Shown: piece by piece, positions 24,369 through 36,334 of the stretch
Numbering within the stretch: the stretch's first letter is position 1
Layout: each line of letters starts with the position of its first letter
Source of the DNA: Octopus bimaculoides
Taxonomy: Eukaryota
Assembly (NCBI RefSeq): GCF_001194135.2
Contig: NC_068986.1
Span: 26,975,076-27,015,815 of the forward strand
Length of the DNA stretch: 40,740 nucleotides
Reading direction: 5' to 3'
Program-made: the position numbers and the translations under genes
Notes under the pieces: model-generated
Told to the model about the DNA's origin: nothing
Seen by the model: only the letters and a program-made list of their open reading frames with translations
The model's database searches: none

Positions 24369-24602
24369 TTAACCCTCTTCATACCAACCAGCTTGAAAGT
24401 GTTCTTGGTTCTAAGAAACATTTAAAGTTATCTAAATTAAAATCTCCGAGCAAAATTTTATTTTAATTTATGCTTGAAACCTTAAGTTAGTAAGGACAGA
24501 GTTATTTTATTAAATTTTTCATCATTTAAATTTTTCATCATTTAAAAAATTAATTGGAAGAAAGACAGTATTTCAACAGAAACTCAGTAACGAAAGTGCT
24601 AT
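24369..24602. mobile_element. TTAA-ended MITE, family E
   Basis: Left end TTAAccctcttcataccaacc...ttggttct; interior and eroded right end gtatttcaacagaaactcagtaacgaaag. Opposite orientation to the 15631-16279 copy. Confidence 0.65.
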
Positions 24603-25589
24603 GAAATTTCTTCTTTACCAAGAACTTGCTTGGATCAAATACCCATAAATTCCCCTATTAAGATGTAATTTTTACTGTAGGATTTCTTTACTACCTAGTG
24701 TTACCAGAATTTACCTACCTTAGCGAATATGCTATGCATTATAAAAGTTCACATATAGCATTAAATGCAAAAATTGCTTAAAAATGCATTTTCCTATAAT
24801 TAGCTTACTCATCACTATTTCTTGCAGAAGCTCTGGCAATCTAGAGGGCGACTCTGATTGGAAGACACTGCTGTACATTTATACAGTGTATCTTGAAATA
24901 GGACAAAGTAAAAAAACAGGTTACTAACACACTGATACTGCTTTGTGATTTGTATATTGTTACTGAGAACTTGGGGTATATTGCCCAAGTTTCACCGACA
25001 GCAAAACTGTATGTTTTTGCATGCTGTATTTAGTGTATTTATTAAACAGTTATTAAACTATCACAAAATATTCAAATTAACTCACCTTTGTGTGAGCTCT
25101 GAAGTATTTTTCTAAATGGTTAAGAGCTGTTCTTTATCTGTATCACTGTGATTGGAATTGAATGGATTTTTATGAAGGCTGAAAGACAAATGCAAAATAC
25201 TGCATTAGGTTTAAGCACCCATGCTGCGCTGCTGAGATCTGAAGCCGCATGCTCTGAGCTTCATTCCGCAACAAAACTGCTGATATCTAAAATATTTAAA
25301 TATATTTCTCTGTACTCAGTTCTTATTGGATAAATTGATGTATTTAAAGTTGTCTAGTAGTATTCAATTTCTCCCTTCTATGTTCCAAATTCAAATTCTG
25401 CCATGGATATTTCTACTTTCTTTCATTCTGGGGATGGTAAAATAGTATCAATAATTTACTGCAGTTGAGTCAAGTCACTTAACTTGTCATATACAAATTT
25501 GTAGCATTACGAGCATTTTACCAATGATAGAGGCAATAATAGTTTCAAATTTTGGTATGAAGCCAATAATTTTTAGTGGGTTGGTAGGG

Positions 25590-25700
25590 GTGGGGTAATC
25601 AATTGCATTGACTACAGTCCTCATCTGGTACTTATTTTATTGACCATGAAAGGATGAAAGGTAATCATCCTCTGTCTCGGTGGAATTTGAACTCAGAACC
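25590..25700 (-). mobile_element. Family C SINE fragment
   Basis: ctggtacttattttattgacc..gaaaggatgaaagg...ggtggaatttgaactcagaac, as at 36770-36845 and 40555-40630. Confidence 0.7.
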
Positions 25701-26367
25701 AGGGGCAGTATTGGGCAGTTGGTATCAGCAGAGTTGACCCTCAGCAGCTGACCATATAAACTCTTTACAAACCTCAAGCAAAACCTACTGTAGAGTACTT
25801 GTACTCATACTCACATCTGGGGTAGATGCAGATACCCTTGGCTGTATTTTTTTTAAAAAAAGAAGGAAAAAATATCTGTCCCTCACCAACTGATTGACAT
25901 AAATTTGCTTACTATCACATTCCAACCTCTAAACCACAGATATGCTTTTCTCCTTCCTCTGTCTCTTCTGTTGCTAGTACAGTGCCATCTATTCTTCAGA
26001 GCTGGCTACAGCCATATCACTTCTACTCAGGCACTCCTAGCTCACTCATCCTGCCTACCTCTTGTCATTCTTATTGTTTCTTATTGGTATTATTGTGACA
26101 AGTTCTATGTTCTGCTATAATTGCAACTTCTTATATTGTTTAGATGGCTAAATGTCTTTTCAAAGAGCCAAGTTTAAGGGATTTAATTCCATTATTGAAG
26201 CACTTCAGTAAAACAACTATAGAAATCTTTATGATATTCAGTGTTATGTATTAATATTTTACTGCAAATTTTTGCTCATTATGAAGAAAAGTTACATTTT
26301 CTATATTCCTACAGCTTTTCAATTAATATTATTCTTTGCTTTCAAACGAAGTGCTTATTTTCCCATG

Positions 26368-26400
<33 letters not shown>

Positions 26401-26904
26401 TTTGTCTTTTGCTCTTCATTTGTTTCTCCACCACCATTACCACCTTCTTTTCTGAATTATTTGAATTATTTTGCTTTGGCTGATTAAAATACAGAATTTT
26501 AACAAGATGTTAACATTAAAAAAAAAATGTCTATATATGTAATGTAATTATTTATTTGCATTTTTTGTTTTCCTTTTCTCAAATTGATTTTTGACACTTG
26601 AAAAGTTTAAGAGTGTGTTCATATATCTTTGACTGTGTGGTAAAATCTTGTATGAATGGCAGCATAATTATTGACACTTATAATTTTGATATTGTTTCAT
26701 TACAATACTTGCAAATAATTTTATATTTTTCCAATGCCAAAATCCTAAGATACCAGGCTATTGTTGTCGTTGTGGTTTCTCATTATTTTTTACTCTTGAA
26801 TTAATTATCCTGCCAGAAATTTACATAATTCAAGTTGACACTCATACATTTGCCCACTATCACTAATGAAGTCTAATAAATCCATTGTTCTTTACAATTT
26901 CTGA

Positions 26905-26916
26905 GGTGTAAATGTG

Positions 26917-26947
<31 letters not shown>

Positions 26948-27005
26948 TGATGGTAATAATAATAATAACAATAATAATAATAATAACCATTGTAATAATA
27001 ATAAT
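26905..27005. repeat. (ATA)n microsatellite
   Basis: Directly visible. Confidence 0.95.
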
Positions 27006-27254
27006 GGATAAACTTCTACTTCCTACTTTTATTGTTATTTTCCACTTGATGTTATTATTGTATGTTTTCATTGCACAGCTGAGCATAACTCTGTATACCT
27101 TGGATATATTGATGTGTTTTAATTTGTTTTAGTGTTTTCTGTATTATTAAAAGTACTCCATGTAATGTGGGCTGCAGTGCCTCGTAGTAATGTTTTCAAG
27201 GTGTTATATAAACCTATCAGTCCTGGTGTTTTAGTCATATATTTATCTGCATCG

Positions 27255-27385
27255 TCATCATTTAGTGTCCCTATTCCATGTTGGCATGAGTTGGGCAGTA
27301 TGACAAAATCTTAAAGATCAGAGGATTGTCTTGCTCCAGTGTCTGTTTTGGCACAGTTTCTATTGCTGGATGCCCTCCCTCAGGA
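27255..27385 (-). mobile_element. 3' tail of a family A/B SINE
   Basis: ttccatgttggcatgagttgggcag...gctggatgccct is the reverse complement of agggcatccagc...aacccatgccagcatggaa. Confidence 0.65.
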
Positions 27386-27760
27386 ATGCATTCATTTGCA
27401 TCTTTTTTTTTTTTTTTAATCATTCCCAAGGCACCTAATATCATAGGGATTGTTTCTATTTTTTGAGATAACCACATTCTGTTTATTTCTATTTATAGGC
27501 CTTTGTACTGAGATAATTTCTCATTTCTGTTCAAGGAACATTATCGTCTGCTATGATTGTTAAGGATATGCTTCCTGTCTTAATATTTCTTGACAATAAT
27601 ATTCAGTTTGAATTGCCTTTTCATCTCCTTTTATGTAGATTGGCATATCCCAGAGTTCTGTCACTTTATCATTCTCTGAGAGATTTTCTACTGCATTTGA
27701 ATAAAAAAGTCCATTTTCAGCCATGATAGGACTGATTGGCAAGTTCTGCAATCAGTTGAA
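27385..27760 (-). mobile_element. Decayed non-LTR retrotransposon, C-terminal restriction-like endonuclease region (R4/Dong-type)
   Basis: Frameshifted translation ENDKVTELWDMPIY...IIVK...ADDNV...EKLSQYKGL*IEINRMW...KIETIPMILGALGMIKK matches the pattern recalled for RLE elements (ILWD.PI.TD...ANRPDI...EK..KY.DL..E..RMW......P...GALG). Confidence 0.8.
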
Positions 27761-29644
27761 TCAACTACCCCTCCCCTCTCCAAACAGTGTTTGTGCCTTT
27801 ATTTATGTGCCTGGATAGCATTTTCCTTGTGTCCTCCCAGCTCAGTGTTTTTCAACTCAATGTTCCTTTTATTTTCTCCTTACTCTGACCCCTCCTCACC
27901 TTGACTAGCACTTTTTAACTCTCATTTCTACACCCACCCCTCACCAATCCTTAATTATCCTTCAACACCAGTTGACCTTTTTTCTCTTCTGTGAATGGTC
28001 CTGGCCAAAATGTTAATCTTTTCTTCTTCCTCATGGAAGAAGAAATTTATTCCACTCTTTGAATTACTTGTTTGTTTGGGTTTCACTCTCATTCTGTTAT
28101 TGTTGTATTCCTTTGTAGTCCTGGTTCTTCTCCTTTAGATATTCCACTCTTTATTTATATCACTTGTCACTGATTGCTATTTTTAAACCCGATCTTTTTC
28201 TCTGTGTTGAACATTTAAATTGTTTAGAATAGTGATTCCCTATCATTACATGTTATTTCCAAAGAACCTTCTTAACATCTATGTATAAATACTGGTTTAC
28301 AGTGTTTCCTCTGTTTTGTAGAAGTGTATTGGAGTTTGTCGTTTGAAGTAGAAATAGCAGTCAAAGTAGTAATAGTAGTAGTCATAGTAAGTGTAACAGT
28401 AGTAGTTTTTTTGCCACTGTTTGCTTTTTACCATAAATTCAAAGCTTTAGATTTCTATAAAGACATTTCCCCCCCTCCAACTTTAGAAGAAAATCCTCCT
28501 TGACCTCCTGTTAGAAAACTGCTTGTTGAATCTAAGATTTTTGTCAGTTTGTTGGCTTGAATAATCATTAACAAACATCTGGGTATTTACAGTTTATTAA
28601 CGGCTACTGACCAAATCTGCAGTTTGCTGTTTTTATTGCATGTGTGTTCATGAACGGAAAGCCTAATTTTATTTCATCCATCAGTGATGTTAATATCCAT
28701 TTAGTGATATCAGGAGATTATTTTTCTTTCTTTTTTTTTATTGAATTTGATGTGCTTAATAAATACGTTAATGAGAGCTGAAGAACATTGTGATGGGGAT
28801 AAAATTCCTCTGGGGAGATTTGAGTGTATTCCTTAGTGGTAATTATATTAAATGCTGATGGTATCTGTTAGATTTGTTTCCATGTAAAGCAATTTATCTT
28901 TTCTTTTTCTTTTCTCTCTTACTATCTCTCTCTCTTTCTTTCTATTTCTAGTTTCCTACAGTTTTAGTTATAAACTGCTTTTCTGTTCAACTCTATAATC
29001 TTGCTTTGTTGTGTTGTGTGAGCGTGTGCATGTACATGTATGTGCTTGTGTGTCTCAGCTTGGAGATAGTGGTGAAGAGTGTCTGGTTTTTTTTTTTGAT
29101 TGTATTCATTTTTTTTGCTTTGCTAGAATGAGCAAATTTGGATATTGGTATATATTATACAGCAAGTGTCATTATAAGTGGATAATTTCTGGGCCAAGCA
29201 GAATAATGTGCCTGGTGCTTTGACTATGAGCACACAAATATGGTTTCAGCTATAGAAACTACGTCCATGTTGTCACATGCATACATACATTGTGTGTGTC
29301 TGTGTGTGTAAGAATGCTTGATACTATATACATTCAAGTCTTACAAGCAACAAATTATTGAAAGATGGAAGAAAAAAATGTAGTGGAGCATGGAAAATAG
29401 TGATTTATAAGGGTGCTAGAGATGTGGTATCAAGCTTACAGCTGACGTGCATTTGGGTCAACATTACAAATACACATGTGGCATCAAATGGTGTTATATT
29501 TTTATGAGATGTATGTGCTTTCATGCACATGTGCATCCCGCCCTGCAAACATTTCAGTTTGATTTAACCAGGAGACAACTGAGAGTCTATCAAAATGAAA
29601 CCGAAACAGGAGGTTGTGAGGTAAGGTTTTGAGAGTGTTTGCAG

Positions 29645-29825
29645 TGAGCTGGCAGAATCGATGGCATCTCAGACAAAAATATCATTATGATGTGAGTTCA
29701 AATCTCACCAAGGCCACTTTGTCTTTCATCTTTTTGGTTCCAGTAAAATAAAGTATCAATCTGGTACTGGGGTTGTTACAATTGACTTACCCTCTCCCAT
29801 GCAAAATTGCTAGTCTTGTGCCAAA
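29645..29825 (+). mobile_element. SINE, family C
   Basis: gtgagctggcagaatcg...gtgagttcaaatctcaccaaggccactttgtctttcatc...ggtactggggttg. Confidence 0.75.
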
Positions 29826-29859
29826 ATGAGAGAGAGAGAGAGAATTATTTTTTGTAATA

Positions 29860-30620
29860 TTAGAACCACATCTTCATAGAGTACCAGACCTTCATAAAAT
29901 ATCTCTTCAAAAGTCACCATTGAGGACAGTAACCTTCCAATTGTATGTGCCCATTTCATGGAGTTAAGAGTTATTAAATGATATATGTGGAGCAAATAAC
30001 AGCTTTCTTGGTATTGCTTTTATCCAGACAGCTGAAAGGACAGTGTCTTCAGCCAGCAATTTGCAAACCAATCTTGTGCAGTTTATATTATATATAAGGT
30101 TAAAGGCAATGAATGGCAAAATCAGTACAGTGCCACACAAAATGCTTTAATGTTATTAAACTCCCATTACATTCTGAGTTGTTTTAGATGGTAATGATGT
30201 TAAGCATTCTTCCAGTGTTGAGGCTCCGTTTCATGTCTCTGCAAAGTAGCAGTGGGGCATTGTTGTGCAGGGGTAACCACCCTTTTCCAGGAGCTCTGCT
30301 GGAATGTTGTCCAGTTCAAGAGACTTTGTGTTATTCTAAATTCTGATAGCAGCACTGTTTTAGTGAGAATTGATGGCTTGTTAAAGTGATGGGCGACAGA
30401 TATTTTGTTGAATTCCACTGTGACTATTGGTTCTACTGGTGTGGGAGCTGGTTGAAATGTTTTTATTTGGCACTGCACTCTTGCTGACTGGCCTTTCCTT
30501 AAGGATTTGATGTCTGGTGATTTGAATGGTGCCATGGAGCAATTCCTGTGCCATGGAAGACATCTGGTGCTGCATAGAAATTTCGCATGTCATGACTTTC
30601 TGTATGTGTCTAAAATTTCT
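29860..30620 (-). mobile_element. Decayed RTE-clade LINE, reverse-transcriptase region
   Basis: Across frameshifts: HDMRNFYAA ... KHFNQL ... NNTKSLELDNIPAELLEKGG ... HWKNA/NIITI. These match RTE pre-RT/RT motifs (DM..FY..L; KAPG.D.IPAELLK.GG; W..A.I..IYK). Multiple stops. Confidence 0.75.
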
Positions 30621-30699
30621 GAGCTTTTGTAATCTACATTTGTCATTTCAGCGTGGATTGGCTTGAGCCTCACACTGAGGAGCTCACGTGTGTGTATGT

Positions 30700-31128
30700 G
30701 TGTATGCATGCCTGTCTACCTGCCTGTCTCTGTCTGTCTGTGTGTTTCTGTCTGTCTGTCTGTGTGTTTCTGTCTGTCTGTCTGTGTGTCTCTGTCTGTG
30801 TGTCTCTGTCTGTGTGTCTCTGTCTGTGTGTCTCTGTCTGTGTGTCTCTGTCTGTGTGTCTCTGTCTGTCTGTGTGTCTCTGTCTGTCTGTGTGTCTCTG
30901 TCTNNNNNNNNNNCTCTGTCTGTGTGTCTCTGTCTGTGTGTCTCTGTCTGTGTGTCTCTGTCTGTGTGTCTCTGTCTGTGTGTCTCTGTCTGTCTGTGTG
31001 TCTCTGTCTGTCTGTGTGTCTCTGTCTGTCTGTGTGTCTGTCTGTGTGTCTCTGTCTGTCTGTCTGTCTGTTTCTGTCTGTCTGTCTGTTTCTGTCTGTC
31101 TCTGTCTGTCTGTCTGTCTCTCTTTCTC
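30700..31128. repeat. Compound TC/TG microsatellite with 14- and 18-bp higher-order units (10-nt gap at 30904-30913)
   Basis: Units tctgtctgtgtgtc and tctgtctgtctgtgtgtc alternate in runs. Confidence 0.9.
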
Positions 31129-31292
31129 TCAGTGTGTAATGGTAATGAGAGATTGTCCTAAGTCTCTTTGTCCTATCAATATAGAACATGCAACATAAGA
31201 AGGCCCATTACATGCATGTGTATGTGCACACATAAACACTATGAAATCTCACTCACAAGATTTGGTCAGCTGAATCTTATGGTAGAAGCCAC

Positions 31293-31334
<42 letters not shown>

Positions 31335-32149
31335 NNNNNNNNNNNNNNNNNNNNNNNNNNNNNNNNNNNNNNNNNNNNNNNNNNNNNNNNNNNNNNNNNN
31401 NNNNNNNNNNNNNNNNNNNNNNNNNNNNNNNNNNNNNNNNNNNNNNNNNNNNNNNNNNNNNNNNNNNNNNNNNNNNNNNNNNNNNNNNNNNNNNNNNNNN
31501 NNNNNNNNNNNNNNNNNNNNNNNNNNNNNNNNNNNNNNNNNNNNNNNNNNNNNNNNNNNNNNNNNNNNNNNNNNNNNNNNNNNNNNNNNNNNNNNNNNNN
31601 NNNNNNNNNNNNNNNNNNNNNNNNNNNNNNNNNNNNNNNNNNNNNNNNNNNNNNNNNNNNNNNNNNNNNNNNNNNNNNNNNNNNNNNNNNNNNNNNNNNN
31701 NNNNNNNNNNNNNNNNNNNNNNNNNNNNNNNNNNNNNNNNNNNNNNNNNNNNNNNNNNNNNNNNNNNNNNNNNNNNNNNNNNNNNNNNNNNNNNNNNNNN
31801 NNNNNNNNNNNNNNNNNNNNNNNNNNNNNNNNNNNNNNNNNNNNNNNNNNNNNNNNNNNNNNNNNNNNNNNNNNNNNNNNNNNNNNNNNNNNNNNNNNNN
31901 NNNNNNNNNNNNNNNNNNNNNNNNNNNNNNNNNNNNNNNNNNNNNNNNNNNNNNNNNNNNNNNNNNNNNNNNNNNNNNNNNNNNNNNNNNNNNNNNNNNN
32001 NNNNNNNNNNNNNNNNNNNNNNNNNNNNNNNNNNNNNNNNNNNNNNNNNNNNNNNNNNNNNNNNNNNNNNNNNNNNNNNNNNNNNNNNNNNNNNNNNNNN
32101 NNNNNNNNNNNNNNNNNNNNNNNNNNNNNNNNNNNNNNNNNNNNNNNNN
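31335..32149. other. Assembly gap (N), flanked by (GT)n and poly-A
   Basis: Run of N. Confidence 1.
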
Positions 32150-32852
32150 AAAAAAAAAAAAAAAAAAAATCAAAAAAAATCTGGTAAGGAGGGGTTGGGG
32201 GTGTACATTTTAATCATAAAAGATGCACAATATTGAAAATATCATTATATTTAAAGACCATTATATTTACTTACCGATTCTTTGAAGTTTCCCCAAAACC
32301 TATGAATAATTGTACAAATTTACTTACTTTAAAAACTGTTTTATTCCTATGCTATCAACAAAGACTAAAAGCAATGAGAATTAGAAAAAAAAAACAAAAC
32401 AAAAAAAAACTGCAATATATTTGAAAGCTGCTGCTTTATATCGACTAGCCTTTAGTTAATAGAACACAAATTTTGTGTATGAAATCTTTCTGAATTTAAA
32501 TTTAAATAATTGTGAACACTAAATGAAAGCATATTTTAATTAGGGTTAAAAGGTACACGAAAAAGAAGTAAAAATGAAGGTAAAAAGGAAAAAACAAAAA
32601 GAAAAAAGCATTGGTTTCCATTGAAAATTCCTTTTAAACACCTCAGAACATTGTTTGTTATTCCATTAATATCACTCTTGTGTTCTGCTTTTCTTCACAT
32701 TTTTCTGAACACAGTTGCATTGACAAAATAAAACTTATACAATTTATAATATGTAAAATTTTTAAAAGGGTTAATCTAACATAATCACTCTTTTTTTTAT
32801 CGTTGTGACACACACACACACACACACACATGTATGTATATATCTGTGTGTG

Positions 32853-32896
<44 letters not shown>

Positions 32897-33249
32897 AAAT
32901 TCACTTAGGATTTTTAATGTTAGAGTTTGAAGGGTTTACGCTTAGGTGAATCTTGTGTCATCCCCTCATGAACAAAGCCTCCCATTTAAAAAAAAAAAAC
33001 AACAAAAATCAAAAGCAATGCTACAAATAAAAGGAGCTTTAATTTTCTCTTCATTTTATTTTCAGCTGAGCAAATACCATTGAAATGTTTCATTGTTGTT
33101 GTGTAGTGTATATAATGATATAAAGCTGTAAAGATGTAATGTATTCATGTTGGATAATGGATATTTTGAATGTCTTCGGTTATGCGTGTTATATAATATA
33201 TACTATATACAAACACACACACACACACACACACGTGTGTGCGTGTGCA

Positions 33250-33478
33250 TGTGTGCATTTCCTTGTCTTGACATCACGTGATAATCACTGTCATAGCAAA
33301 TAGTGTCCTTCATTTACAACTTCTGTCGAAGCATGTCTGGCCATGGGTACGGTGGGGGAGTATAACCAGGTGATGGTTAGCAACGTAAAGGGCACCCAAC
33401 CATTGAAAGTCTGCCTCAACAAATTCCAACTTGCACATGCAAACATTTAAAAGTGGACAACGAAATGATGATGGTAGT
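33250..33478 (+). mobile_element. 3' half of a family B SINE
   Basis: ccttgtcttgacatcacgtgat...catgtctggcc...aaagggcacccaacc...gaaatgatgatgg, parallel to 15835-16065. Confidence 0.6.
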
Positions 33479-33534
33479 GGCAGCTGTACTGTTGATAATG
33501 ATGTTGATAATATGAAGCCTCTCATTTTTACTGT

Positions 33535-33809
33535 GGAAAACAACTGGGAGATCAACAAGAAAGCTGTGGGAACTTTCTCACCCATAGGCATTTATGTATA
33601 CTTCTGAGTTTCATGCTCTACTTACTCACTTTTTTAAAAAAAATATGTTATGAAGTTAGGCAACTTCTAATATATTTTGGCTTTCCCTTCTCCTGATCTT
33701 CCCCATTTTCACCATTTACTCAGATNNNNNNNNNNNNNNNNNNNNNNNNNNNNNNNNNNATCCATTTTCATATCTGTCAGCTTTGTTGTTGATCTCCCAG
33801 TTGTTTTCC
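33535..33809. repeat. 32-bp inverted repeat (33535-33566 / 33778-33809), 31/32 match, spanning a 34-nt gap (33726-33759)
   Basis: ggaaaacaactgggagatcaacaagaaagctg versus cagctttgttgttgatctcccagttgttttcc. Confidence 0.85.
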
Positions 33810-34384
33810 CTTCTGCAGGATCTGAGCACAGAATGTAAAAGGATATACCTAAATACCATAAGGCTTTAGATAACACTAATTACAAATGTTTTGATATTAA
33901 GTTAAAGGACATGGATTGCCTTCAGTTATAATTCCTCCACATACGTGACCTCAAAGAGCTGTGGGTTTTTTTTTTTCCCTACTTTTTTTTGTAATCTTGA
34001 AGTTGTTTTGCTTGCTTTTAAGTTTGTTATTTATTGCTACTCCTTTTCCTGAAGTCCTGAAGGACTCAAAAGGATTAGTGCTTATATCAAATCTAAGTTA
34101 CATTAAACGAGAGGGGAGGTTTGTGTGAGTACGTTTTCAGTCAATTAGGATGCCTTTCTAAAGCAGGTGGTATTTTCGGACAATCCAGCTATCTATTTCT
34201 GATGACAATTAGATGGATTGAAATGTGTAGAACTATCTTTGTATTTTCTTTAATACTTTATTGGACACTGAGTGAAGTGCCTGCATTTTGGCTTTCCACA
34301 CAAACAATATTCACAAATAATAAAACGGGCAAATATTAATGCTGGTTTGAACAGTTTTCTTTGAAATAGTTAGAATTTTTATTT

Positions 34385-34432
<48 letters not shown>

Positions 34433-34464
34433 GCACACACAATATATGTGTGTGTGTGTATGTC

Positions 34465-34862
34465 TTTAATCTCGCTTGTTTCAGTCATTGGACTGTGGCC
34501 ATGCTGGGCCACTACCTTGAAGATCTTTTAGTTGGACAAATTAGCCCCCAGTACATATTTCTTTCTTAAAGTCTGGCACTTATTCTATCAGTCTCTTTTG
34601 CCAAACTGCCAAGTTACATGAACATAAACAAACACTGGTTGTCAATCCATAGGGAAGAAGGAACACACACGCACACACAAACACACACACATGTGTATGT
34701 GTGTATATGAACACACGATTAGCTTCTACACAGTTTCCATTTACAAAATGTCAGTTGACCTGGAGCTATACTAGAAGACACTTGCACAAGCAGCTGGACT
34801 GAACCTGTAACCACATGGTTTGCAAAGCAAGCTTCCTAACCACACAGCCATGCCTGTGCCTA
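34465..34862 (-). mobile_element. SINE with family B-type head and a distinct 3' body (internal CA tract)
   Basis: Head: agaagacacttgc...gaacc.gtaaccacatggtttgcaaagcaagcttcctaaccacacagccatgcctgtgcc. Body cttattctatc...caagttac...aacactggttgtcaa is shared with 36335-36620. Confidence 0.75.
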
Positions 34863-36334
34863 TGATGACTCGAACATTATCACTACATCTAATAATTTAA
34901 AATATCCTAAAGAATATGCAACAAGTTTGGTTGTTTTTTTTGTTGTTTTTCCTTCTTCATTTTACGTCTTCATATTTTTCCTATTGTCGGTGTTTATAAT
35001 TATTTTTCACACAGAGATTGTACAATTTATTGTATATCCAACCAACTCCACCTTCTCTCGACAGTCATAATTTTCTTGGGCTGGTTTTGGTTATCCTTCT
35101 CCTCCTCCACCAACCTCCTCCTCCTCCACCAACCTCCACCAGTTTTTCACTGGTGCTTTTATTAGTTAGCATTATTAAAGCTGCTCTGCTGTCTTAGCTT
35201 TTATTGTTAAAACAACATCAATAACCACCACAATAATGTTATTTTCGTTTATTGATTTGCTCTTTTATTTTATTTTTAATTTATTGTATTTTTTTTTCTC
35301 TTTCTTACTGCATGATGTTCTTTGTTCTTTTGGATTAGGTTTGTCATTGCTTCTCATTAATTCTTCCAATATTCTTCGAAAAAGTCATTGTTTGAAAATG
35401 AAGTCATTAAGCGAAATTGTAGCCTCATTGCTATGTCGAGTGGATTATTTCTGTGTCTGTCTGTTTGTCTGTTAGTCTCAGAAAGAAACTGACTGACTCT
35501 GATGCTATTAATTATTTGTCTTTTATTCTAATGGAATTGATAAATGATTACCAGTAAGACACTAGGGCTAATTTCACTAATATCTTCTTTTTTCTTTTCC
35601 TCAGCAGTAATTTGTCTTGTGCTCAGTGAAAAATATAGCATCAAAGCTGCTTCTTATTTGTATCTCTTGCATGGTCTGTCTCAAACAAATGTGGGAGTTT
35701 CCAAATGGCTGCTTGACTTACTAGAAACAACAGCCAAATCTTCCACAAATTACTTTTACTCTCTTGTTTAAAAGGTCTCGTTGAATAATGGAGTTCTGGA
35801 TTCAGGATTCTTGGGTAGTGGGCAACAGGAATATGATTAGCTGGAATAACTTTGCTTGCACCTTTGCTGCATCAAGACCGAATTGAGCAGACTACCCAAG
35901 GATGATATGCTTTGCATAAAAAATAAATGATAAGATCAGTGTTCATATCTTTAATGTTGTGACCGAAGACATTTTAATTATTTAAAATTGCATCTGTTGG
36001 AAGGAGAAAGAATTGTGAAGAATAGCAGGAGTGACAATTCTGGAATTTTGAATGATATTAAAATGAGGGATGCACTGGGAAGTCAGCCAGATTTTGGTGG
36101 TATGGTGACAAGATTGGTTATGTCTTATTAGTAGACCACCCCCCCTCAATGAAATATAGTCTTTATTAGTATTTCCATGCAAAGATAACAAAACTGCGAC
36201 ATGTTTGGGACTGTCACAGTACTACTTGGGTTAGATTGATTCAACACTGCATTTCAAATAATCTAGCTTTAATTAAATTTGATCAATTAAAATTTGTGGG
36301 TGGAGTGCCAGAGTGCTACTTTGTAGAGTTAATG

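Noticed and set aside
24829-24920. Strong acceptor (ttttcttgCAG) opening SSGNLEGDSDWKTLLYIYTVYLEIGQSKKT
   Set aside because: No good donor in range, and the phase-2 entry has no matching upstream exon.
30200-30593. 111-aa and 70-aa minus-strand ORFs as host genes
   Set aside because: They are off-frame or shifted readings of the decayed RTE LINE.
30653-32236. ORFs of 157-339 aa
   Set aside because: Composed of TC/TG repeats and N-gaps.
35775-35840. Possible terminal exon VSLNNGVLDSGFLGSGQQEYD*
   Set aside because: Acceptor only (tttaaAAG, weak), short, and no poly(A) or expression evidence.
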